From the NCBI GenBank assembly GCA_916719935.1, contig CAKAPY010000001.1:1-39610 (forward strand): a stretch of DNA of 39,610 nt, read 5' to 3'. The translations under genes and the position numbers were made by a program. Within the stretch, counting starts at the first letter, position 1; every line of letters starts with the position of its first letter. The stretch comes from an uncultured Actinomyces sp. Lineage in GTDB: Bacteria; Actinomycetota; Actinomycetes; Actinomycetales; Actinomycetaceae. This document shows, piece after piece, positions 8,398 to 16,423 of this stretch. Under the pieces are notes generated by a model. The model was given only the letters and a program-made list of their open reading frames with translations, ran no database searches and had not been told where the DNA came from.

Positions 8398-11102
8398 ACG
8401 TAAATACCACCATCCCTGAAGAAACAGACGATACTCTGGCCCACTACGGTATTCTGCGTAAGTCGGGTCGTTATCCTTGGGGGTCTGGTAAGGATCCTTA
8501 TCAGCGCTCTCTTGATTTCCAAGGTCTCGTGAAGGGACTCGAGTCCAAAGGTATGAGCGAGTCTGAGATCGCTCGCGGTCTTGGCATGACGACCACGGAG
8601 CTCCGAGCAACCAAGTCGATCGCTAAGCGCGAGCGACAGGCTGTCGAGATCGCTATGGTCCGGAAGCTCGATGCGAAGGGTATGTCGCAGAGTGCTATCG
8701 CGGACCGTCTCGGTGTTTCTTCCAGCACGGTGCGTAACTACCTGAAGGAAGACGCTGGACGAACTGCGAGCAAGATCGAGGGCACCGCGGATATTCTGAA
8801 GCGGGAGGTCGACAAGCACAAGTATATTGATATTGGTGCTGGCACTGAGGTGACTCTTGGAACCACTGCCACGTCTCTCAAACTTGCTTCCTCCACACTC
8901 GAAGCCCAGGGTTATCATGTCGAGGATATTAAGATCCGTCAGCTCGGTACTGATAATTACACTAGCACTCGTGTTCTGGTCGCCCCCGGTATCGAAAAGC
9001 GTGAGGTCGTTCAGAATCTAGATAAGATCCACGTCGTTGGTGTTCGCACAGATCCCGATGGTACTAAGCTGTCACTCAAGCCCCCTGCCCCTCTTGACTC
9101 GAAGCGAGTAATGGTTAGATATTCTGAACAGGGCGGGGCTGACATGGATGGTGTTATTGAAATTCGTCGAGGTCTAAAAGACCTCAACTTGGGTAAGTCA
9201 AATTACGCCCAGGTTCGTATTTCTGTAGACGGAACCCATTACCTCAAGGGAATGGCGATCTACGCAGACGATCTTCCTGCTGGAAAAGATGTTCGTTTCA
9301 ACACGAATAAATCCAAGAAAGTCCCCATGATCGGCGACGGTGATACAGTACTCAAGAAAATGAAAGACGATCCAGACAATCCGTTCGGTGCCGTTATCCG
9401 CCGACAGATGGAATACCTGGACTCCAAGGGTAACAAGAAGCTGTCGCCCGTAAATATCGTGAATGAGGAAGGTTCTTGGGGAGACTGGACTAAGACACTG
9501 TCGGCCCAGTTCCTTTCGAAGCAGAACTTGTCATTCGCAAAACAACAGCTGGATATTTCAACTTCGGAGAAGAAGGAACAGTTTGAGAAAATCATGTCTC
9601 TTACGAATCCCGTTCTCCGGAGAAAAGCTCTGCAGGAATTCGCGGACTCATGTGATTCGGATTCTGTCCGCCTTAAAGCAGCAGCTGTACCGAACCAGGC
9701 ATATCAGGTTATTTTGCCAGTCAAGACCCTGAAGCCTACCGAGGTATATGCTCCGAACTTTAAGAACGGAACACAGGTTGCACTAGTTCGATATCCTCAT
9801 GGCGGCACATTCGAGATCCCCATCGTCACTGTGAATAACGGACATAAGGGAGCCCGACGCACCATTGGTGAAATGGCTGCGGATGCTATCGGTATTCACC
9901 CCAAGGTCGCACAGCGTATGTCTGGTGCGGACTTCGACGGTGATACTGTCATGGTTATTCCGGTGACGCCAAAGAGTCGTATTCGTTCCACGTCTCCTCT
10001 CAAAGGTCTCGAAGGCTTCGACCCCTCTGCCGCATATCCTTCATACCCCGGCATGAAGGTGTTGACGGAGGCCGGCAAGCAGCGTGAGATGGGTAAGATT
10101 TCGAATCTTATTACCGACATGACAATCAAGGGGGCTACGGAAGCTGAACTAGCCAAAGCAGTCCGACACTCGATGGTTGTTATTGACGCCGCCAAGCATA
10201 AGCTGGATTATAAAACATCAGCCGTGGATAACGGTATTGATTCACTCAGGAAGAAATACCAAGGCGACGATAACGTGGCCACTCTTATTTCCCGTGCTAA
10301 ATCAGATATGATCGTTCCTAAGCGGAAGCTCCGCTCCGCAGCAAAGGGCGGACCCATCGATCCAATCACGGGCCGTAAGGTATACGAGGACACAGGCGAA
10401 TCATATACTGTGGTTAAAGAGTTCAAGACCAAGCCCCCTCGTGTGGATACCATGTTGCGTATGCAGAAGGTACCGCGCATGGAGTTGGTTGACGACGCGC
10501 GTAAGCTTTCATCTGGTACCCCCATGGAAGAACTATACGCAGGCTACGCCAACAACATGAAGACCCTGGCAAATAGGGCTAGGCGGGAGATCGTTGATAC
10601 TCCCACCCTAAAAAGAGACCCCCTTGCTGCCAAGGAGTACTCGGACGAAGTGGCCTCTCTCAAGGAGAAGGTCCGTACGGCCCTCACTAATGCACCCAGG
10701 GAACGCCAGGCTCAATTGGTTGCCGGGGGTGTGGTGAAGGCAAAGGTCGACGAGAATCCTTCAATCACAAAGGAGGAGAGGACTCGACTCGAGTCACAGG
10801 CTCTCAAGGCAGCGCGTGCCAGGACAGGAGCCTCCCGTAAGGAGGTCCAATTCGACATCACCGACAACGAATGGAAAGCCATCATGAATGGTGCCGTTAG
10901 TAACGCCATGATGGAGTCCATTGCTAGGTATGCGGACCCCGAACGATTGAATGACCTATCCATGCCTAAAGACAAACCAGTCCTTTCGACTAGTGTGATT
11001 GCTCGTGCTCGTGCTATGGCTCGAAACGGTGCAACAACGTCTGAGATCGCAGAGATGCTTGGAATCTCTACGTCCTCCGTGCGAGAAGCTGTGAGAGGTT
11101 GA
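8391..11102 (+). CDS. Putative single-subunit two-barrel (YonO/RdRP-like) RNA polymerase with HTH domains
   Basis: Ordered motifs MDG, QVR, LKG, VRYP, SGADFDGD (9930-9944), MGKISN, HSMVVIDAAKH; two N-terminal and one C-terminal HTH; N-terminal LAHYG. Confidence 0.8.
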   Translation: MLNVNTTIPEETDDTLAHYGILRKSGRYPWGSGKDPYQRSLDFQGLVKGLESKGMSESEIARGLGMTTTELRATKSIAKRERQAVEIAMVRKLDAKGMSQSAIADRLGVSSSTVRNYLKEDAGRTASKIEGTADILKREVDKHKYIDIGAGTEVTLGTTATSLKLASSTLEAQGYHVEDIKIRQLGTDNYTSTRVLVAPGIEKREVVQNLDKIHVVGVRTDPDGTKLSLKPPAPLDSKRVMVRYSEQGGADMDGVIEIRRGLKDLNLGKSNYAQVRISVDGTHYLKGMAIYADDLPAGKDVRFNTNKSKKVPMIGDGDTVLKKMKDDPDNPFGAVIRRQMEYLDSKGNKKLSPVNIVNEEGSWGDWTKTLSAQFLSKQNLSFAKQQLDISTSEKKEQFEKIMSLTNPVLRRKALQEFADSCDSDSVRLKAAAVPNQAYQVILPVKTLKPTEVYAPNFKNGTQVALVRYPHGGTFEIPIVTVNNGHKGARRTIGEMAADAIGIHPKVAQRMSGADFDGDTVMVIPVTPKSRIRSTSPLKGLEGFDPSAAYPSYPGMKVLTEAGKQREMGKISNLITDMTIKGATEAELAKAVRHSMVVIDAAKHKLDYKTSAVDNGIDSLRKKYQGDDNVATLISRAKSDMIVPKRKLRSAAKGGPIDPITGRKVYEDTGESYTVVKEFKTKPPRVDTMLRMQKVPRMELVDDARKLSSGTPMEELYAGYANNMKTLANRARREIVDTPTLKRDPLAAKEYSDEVASLKEKVRTALTNAPRERQAQLVAGGVVKAKVDENPSITKEERTRLESQALKAARARTGASRKEVQFDITDNEWKAIMNGAVSNAMMESIARYADPERLNDLSMPKDKPVLSTSVIARARAMARNGATTSEIAEMLGISTSSVREAVRG

Positions 11103-11107
11103 TAGTC

Positions 11108-11341
11108 ATGACAACTCGTTACCTTACAACAACTGACAATCCTTACGATCCTAAAGATGAGTTCGACTTGTGGTTTGCGTTCGACACGAACAATGGTTAC
11201 AACTCTTGTGCTCTCCTTGATCGTGTGTGTAAGACAAGCTCAAACCTTAGTGATGCGTTGATTGCTGATGATGTGAATGAAGCAATCGATTGGATCATCG
11301 CTTGGGACACAACAGGATTGCGAACGTTCGTCGAACGATGA
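11108..11341 (+). CDS. Small acidic hypothetical protein downstream of RNAP
   Basis: 77 aa, LTTTDNPYDP...W motif; GAGG upstream. Confidence 0.7.
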   Translation: MTTRYLTTTDNPYDPKDEFDLWFAFDTNNGYNSCALLDRVCKTSSNLSDALIADDVNEAIDWIIAWDTTGLRTFVER

Positions 11342-11432
11342 ACGTCAGATGGATCGCAAGCCGGCGGATGACCGGTGCCCATCCCTAAGTACCCGGGGGG
11401 CTGGTAGCGCGATTACCACCCCCCGCCCAAAT

Positions 11433-11441
11433 CGCGCCCCT
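11433..11441. other. Putative cos (cohesive end) site CGCGCCCCT
   Basis: GC-run-rich intergenic region just upstream of small terminase; resembles 9-nt overhangs I recall from related actinophages (not verified). Confidence 0.45.
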
Positions 11442-11466
11442 CCTCGATTTACCCCCGGAGGGATAT

Positions 11467-11565
11467 TTCGAGATGGGTTTTAGCCTACACGGCCTGGTTC
11501 TCTCATCGGCCGGTCTTTCATGCTCCTTTCAACCGGCGGTCGTGTAGGTTAAAACTCGTCTCGAA
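11467..11565 (+). ncRNA. Long RNA stem-loop (leader riboregulator or sRNA candidate)
   Basis: 11467-11494 pairs with 11538-11565 over 28 bp; all four non-WC pairs are G.U on the + strand. Confidence 0.55.
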
Positions 11566-11586
11566 CGAACCAAAAGAGGAGCATGT

Positions 11587-11892
11587 ATGGTTAAAAAGCG
11601 GGGAAAACCCCCTACCAGCCCAGAAGAAGCGGAGCGATTGGCTATTGCAGGTGCGATGGATCTAGCCGCACAGCAGATTATGGACGGTACAGCGTCCAAT
11701 TCTGTGATCCTACATTTCCTAAAACTCGGTGGAAGTAGGGAAAAGCTGGAACAAGAGCGCATTAAAGCGGATACTCTACTCGCACAGGCTAAAGTTTCGG
11801 CTCTTGAGTCGGCAGCCAGAACCGAAGAGCTTGTTTCGGAAGCGTTGGACGCCTTCAGGTTATATTCTGGAGAGCCCGATGCGCAGCTATAA
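11587..11892 (+). CDS. Putative terminase small subunit
   Basis: First gene of packaging module, 101 aa, helical; GAGGAG RBS; function by position. Confidence 0.6.
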   Translation: MVKKRGKPPTSPEEAERLAIAGAMDLAAQQIMDGTASNSVILHFLKLGGSREKLEQERIKADTLLAQAKVSALESAARTEELVSEALDAFRLYSGEPDAQL

Positions 11893-12298
11893 CGAATTGT
11901 CCAGGCTGGAGACCTTTGAAGAGCGATTAGAATACCTTTCCTTGAATGGAGAGTTCTTCGACGAGACCTTCGGCGGCTCCAGATGGATGAATCAGGATTT
12001 TTACAGGTCTGACGTCTGGCGAAAGGCTCGAACAGAGGCGATCGCTAGAGATCTGGGCTGCGACCTAGGTATAGAGGGCTATGAGATCTACGATGGTATC
12101 GTAGTTCATCATATAAACCCTCTAACGCCCCGACAATGCTCTGATGCGGACCCATGTATGTGGGATCTGAACAATCTTATTTGTGTATCTAGAGATACAC
12201 ACAACGCTATTCACTACGGAACGTCTCCTTTGGCCTTGGTTGACTTTGAGCCTAGGTCTCCCGGAGACACGACATTATGGGGGAGGAGGATCTCGTGA
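11879..12298 (+). CDS. HNH endonuclease (packaging-associated)
   Basis: RDLGCDLG, VHHINP, NLICVSRDTHNAIH. Confidence 0.8.
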   Translation: MRSYNELSRLETFEERLEYLSLNGEFFDETFGGSRWMNQDFYRSDVWRKARTEAIARDLGCDLGIEGYEIYDGIVVHHINPLTPRQCSDADPCMWDLNNLICVSRDTHNAIHYGTSPLALVDFEPRSPGDTTLWGRRIS

Positions 12299-12600
12299 CC
12301 ATTCTAGAAGAGACGAAACGGTATCTTAACATCGAGAATGAAGACACCGATTTCGATCTCGAGCTAACCGACGCTATTGAGAACTCCCTCATGACTGCCA
12401 CGCAGTTGACAGAGGATCCAGCTCTTCCTCAATCCGCGTCGGATGACTATCCAACCACGGTACTCGGTAGAATGCTGCGACAGTACGTCAATTACTCTGT
12501 CAAGCTAGCATTCGATCCACCGGCCACATCATTCACGATCGAGGCCATCAAGCAACTAAGGAGTGAGATCGAGTGGAGACTCACAATTCAGAGGAACTAG
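12295..12600 (+). CDS. Putative head-tail connector protein
   Basis: ~101 aa helical, ILEETKRYLNI...DFDLEL pattern; GGAGG upstream of GTG 12295. Confidence 0.55.
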   Translation: MTILEETKRYLNIENEDTDFDLELTDAIENSLMTATQLTEDPALPQSASDDYPTTVLGRMLRQYVNYSVKLAFDPPATSFTIEAIKQLRSEIEWRLTIQRN

Positions 12601-13454
12601 CACACTACGGCGTCCTTGGTATGAAGTGGGGCGTCCGTAAGCAGCCTGAAAACAGCACGGGTTCGGCCGTCAAGTCTAAGGCAGAAAAGGATAAGATCGC
12701 TGCTGATCGAGCAGCTGAGGCTCAGGCGAAGATCGACCGAAAGAATGCCGAGAAGGCCGCTAAGGCCGCTGCCAAGAAGGCAGCCAGTGCTGCTAAAAAG
12801 GCTGCTAGCGGTGCCAAGAAGGCCGCTAGCGGTGCCAAGAAGGCTGCTGGTGCAGCTCGTCAGAAGCTATCTAAGGCCAGTGCCGATCACGCTCAAAAGA
12901 GGGCTGAAGCAGCCCGCAAGAAGCTTGAAAACCAGAAGCTTCGAGAAGCTCGAAAGGCTGAGCAGGATCGAAAGAAGAAGCAGCGTGACGCGGAACGCGC
13001 ACAGAAGAAGCATGAGCGTGAAGTCAAGCAGCACGAGCGCGATGAGAAGAAGAAGGCTAAGGAAGCAGAAAAGCAAGCTAAGCTTGAGAAGTATGCGACC
13101 ACGCCAAAGGGCGGTCTTACTCGAGACCAGAGGAAGGCACTCCCCAAAAATCTGACCACTACAGATCTCATCGAACAAAATAAGCGTCTCCAGCTCGAGA
13201 AGACCAACTCTGAACTGAAGGCGAAGCTCGCAGAGTATGAGAAGGCCAACCGATCTCAGTTCGCGAAGCTCGCAGACACGTTCGTGAGTGAGGCCAGCTC
13301 GAACCTGACCAAGTACGCAGCCAAGAAGGCTAGCGACATGCTAATCGGAGCCATCGATTCCAACCTGTCTACGGGTAGTATCAAGGCTCTGGCTAAGGAA
13401 GCAGATCGAGCTACTGGCCTTTCCGAGGTCATAAAGAAGAAGGATAAGAAGTAG
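12573..13454 (+). CDS. Lys/Ala-rich basic protein with N-terminal LAHYG motif (putative internal virion protein)
   Basis: ELAHYGVLGMKWGVRK; AKKAAS repeats; long coiled-coil-like stretch. Confidence 0.7.
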   Translation: METHNSEELAHYGVLGMKWGVRKQPENSTGSAVKSKAEKDKIAADRAAEAQAKIDRKNAEKAAKAAAKKAASAAKKAASGAKKAASGAKKAAGAARQKLSKASADHAQKRAEAARKKLENQKLREARKAEQDRKKKQRDAERAQKKHEREVKQHERDEKKKAKEAEKQAKLEKYATTPKGGLTRDQRKALPKNLTTTDLIEQNKRLQLEKTNSELKAKLAEYEKANRSQFAKLADTFVSEASSNLTKYAAKKASDMLIGAIDSNLSTGSIKALAKEADRATGLSEVIKKKDKK

Positions 13455-15199
13455 TGACGCTGTCTAATACGGCCACACCCAAATACTATGGAGAATTCCG
13501 AGATAAAGTCCTAGCTGGAGAAATTCCGGTCTCTCGAACCATTGAAATGGAGATGAACCGTATTGATGATCTTATTGCTAATCCTCGTTACTATTACGAC
13601 GACCAGGCAATCGAGGGCTTCATCGCTTTCTGCAATAACGAGATGACTCTGACTGATGGAGCAGACCTGACACTACTCGACAGCTTCAAACTTTGGGCTG
13701 AGAGTCTGTTGTCGTGGTTCTACTTCGAACGCGTCACCAAGTTCATACCCGATGAGAACGGTCACGAAGGTAAATACGTTCAGGTAGACGAGAAGAGAAG
13801 GCTTGTAAACAAGCAATATCTTATCGTCGCTCGAGGCGCCGCTAAATCGATGTATATGTCGTTCATTCACGCGTATTTCCTTACGATTGATACGGCGACT
13901 ACGCATCAGATCGCAACGGCGCCTACAATGCCTCAGGCAGAAGAAACGCTGAGCCCCTTTAAGACTGCTATTACGCGGTCTAGGGGTCCTCTGTTCAAGT
14001 TTCTGACCGCTGGCAGCGTACACTCGACGTCGGGAGGTAACCGGAACAAGGCTCTCCTTACGCCGACCAAGCGAGGTATCGAGAACTTCTCGACCAAGTC
14101 ACTGCTTGAAGTTCGTCCCATGAACGTCGATAAGCTTCAGGGCCTGCGAACCAAAGTAAACACCGTTGATGAATGGCTCTCCGGAGACGTTCGACAGGAT
14201 GTCATCTCGGCTCTAGAGCAGGGCGCATCCAAACTCAACGACTGGGTGATCCTCGCGGTCTCGTCCGAAGGTACAGTTCGAAACGGCATCGGCGATTCGA
14301 TCAAAATGGAGTTACTTAGCATCCTAAAGGGAGACTACTACGATCCTCATACTTCCATCTGGTACTACAGACTGGATGACGTTGAGGAAGTAGCAGATCC
14401 CAACATGTGGATCAAAGCGCAGCCGAACATTGGTAAGACCGTGTCCTACGATACTTACCAGCGAGACGTCGCTCGAGCTGAGAATGTACCCTCAGCCCGT
14501 AACGACATCCTGGCTAAGCGGTTCGGAATTCCGATGGAGGGGTATACGTACTTCTTCACATACGAAGAAACGATCCCCCACCAGAAGAGGGAGTACTGGC
14601 AGATGCCATGCGCTATGGGAGCGGACCTTTCGCAAGGTGATGACTTCTGCGCCTTTACGTTCCTCTTCCCATTAGGTGATGGTACATTCGGAGTTAAGAC
14701 TCGAGCCTATATTACGACCAGAACCTTCGACAAGCTACCCGCAGCGGGGCGCGTCAAGTACGAATCCTTCATTCGTGAGGGGTCACTACAGGTTATGGAC
14801 GGAACCATCCTCGACATGATTGCGGTGTATAACGATCTAGATGATTATATCATCCGATCTGAATTCGATGTCCGAGCTTTCGGATACGATCCGTACAACG
14901 CTAGAGAGTTTGTCGAGCGCTGGGTGACTGAAAACGGACCATACGGAGTCCACAAGGTCATTCAGGGCGCCCGAACTGAGTCTGTTCCGCTCGGTGAACT
15001 TAAAAAGCTGTCGTCCGATAGGCATCTGCTCTTCGATCAAGAGCTGATGTCCTGGGCGATGGGTAACACAATCACAATCGAAGATACTAATGGCAACCGA
15101 AAGATCTTGAAGAAACGAATGGATCTCAAGATCGATAGCGTCGCAGCTCTAATGGACGCTTGGGTCGCCTACAAACAACAACTAGACGACTTCGCGTAG
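13454..15199 (+). CDS. terL: Terminase large subunit
   Basis: 581 aa; VARGAAKS Walker A-like, VDE Walker B, GADLSQGDD nuclease motif, KIDSVAALMDA. Confidence 0.9.
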   Translation: MTLSNTATPKYYGEFRDKVLAGEIPVSRTIEMEMNRIDDLIANPRYYYDDQAIEGFIAFCNNEMTLTDGADLTLLDSFKLWAESLLSWFYFERVTKFIPDENGHEGKYVQVDEKRRLVNKQYLIVARGAAKSMYMSFIHAYFLTIDTATTHQIATAPTMPQAEETLSPFKTAITRSRGPLFKFLTAGSVHSTSGGNRNKALLTPTKRGIENFSTKSLLEVRPMNVDKLQGLRTKVNTVDEWLSGDVRQDVISALEQGASKLNDWVILAVSSEGTVRNGIGDSIKMELLSILKGDYYDPHTSIWYYRLDDVEEVADPNMWIKAQPNIGKTVSYDTYQRDVARAENVPSARNDILAKRFGIPMEGYTYFFTYEETIPHQKREYWQMPCAMGADLSQGDDFCAFTFLFPLGDGTFGVKTRAYITTRTFDKLPAAGRVKYESFIREGSLQVMDGTILDMIAVYNDLDDYIIRSEFDVRAFGYDPYNAREFVERWVTENGPYGVHKVIQGARTESVPLGELKKLSSDRHLLFDQELMSWAMGNTITIEDTNGNRKILKKRMDLKIDSVAALMDAWVAYKQQLDDFA

Positions 15200-15211
15200 A
15201 GAGGAGGTCAT

Positions 15212-16423
15212 ATGGGTATCCGATCGAGGCTTATGAGCGCCTGGAATGTATTTACTAACAACGACTCTAATTCGTTGATTACCCGGACATATAGTGAATA
15301 CAGACCCAGGTACCGCTCTGGTGGTAGCGTTAACCTAGTTCAAACGCTATACAACAAAATTGCACTCGACGTATCTAACACGCCAATTCGACACGTACGC
15401 GTAGATCAAAATGGCAGATATGACTCGGAACAGCCTAGTAAGCTAAACGAATGCCTATCGCTCATGGCTAACATAGACCAGACGTCCAATAGTCTGATCT
15501 ATGAACTCGTATACACAATGCTTGAGCATGGGTCAGCTGTTCTGGTCCCAGTAGATACGGACATCCAACTGAATGAGGAAGGCTCGTTTGACGTCCTTTC
15601 ACTTCGCGTTGGTCGAGTTGTCAACTGGTACACCGACTCCGTGGATGTGGATGTCTACAACGACCGTACCGGTAATAGGGAAACCATCACGGTTTCCAAG
15701 AATTCTGTCTGTGTCGTCCATTCCCCGCTGTACGACGTGACCGCAACAAACGGTTCGTTGGCTCAGCGACTCGCTCGTAAACTCGACGCCCTGGACGCTA
15801 TTGACAATAGCGCTCTGGGCAAGAAACTGGACCTTATCATCCAGCTTCCCTATTCAGTTCGAGGAGAGCTTAGACAACAGCAGGCAGAAAGTCGACGCGA
15901 GGCCATTGAATCGCAGCTTCGAAACTCTGAAATCGGCGTAGCCTACGTCGATGGAGCCGAGAAGATCACTCAGCTAAACCGTCCCGTGGAAAACAACCTA
16001 CTAGATCAGGTTAAGTATCTGACGGAGCAGCTCTACAATGCTCTAGGCTTTACCGAGAGCGTATTCAATGGCACCGCGGACGCGGAGACCAACCTGTCCT
16101 ACTACAATAGGACAGTCCGACCGATCTTGGACAGTATCACCAAGTCGGCAACCATGGTCTTCTTGACTAGGACCGCTCGAACTCAGGGGCAGCGTATCAT
16201 TTACGTTCGTGATCCCTTCTCTTCGGCGTCCCTAGACTCGGTCGCGTCGATGGCGCAAACGTTCATTACCAACCTGGTGATGACGCCTAACGAGATTCGA
16301 TCCATTATCGGTCTGCCTCAGGCTACAGATCCTAAGGCTGATCAGTTGGCGAACCCGTACACAAGCTCTGCAAACGCAGAATCCAAACAGGAGGTTCAAA
16401 ATGACAGTGTCGATGGATCTTGA
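15212..16423 (+). CDS. Portal protein
   Basis: 403 aa after terL; MTPNEIRSIIGL C-terminal motif typical of HK97-type portals. Confidence 0.85.
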   Translation: MGIRSRLMSAWNVFTNNDSNSLITRTYSEYRPRYRSGGSVNLVQTLYNKIALDVSNTPIRHVRVDQNGRYDSEQPSKLNECLSLMANIDQTSNSLIYELVYTMLEHGSAVLVPVDTDIQLNEEGSFDVLSLRVGRVVNWYTDSVDVDVYNDRTGNRETITVSKNSVCVVHSPLYDVTATNGSLAQRLARKLDALDAIDNSALGKKLDLIIQLPYSVRGELRQQQAESRREAIESQLRNSEIGVAYVDGAEKITQLNRPVENNLLDQVKYLTEQLYNALGFTESVFNGTADAETNLSYYNRTVRPILDSITKSATMVFLTRTARTQGQRIIYVRDPFSSASLDSVASMAQTFITNLVMTPNEIRSIIGLPQATDPKADQLANPYTSSANAESKQEVQNDSVDGS

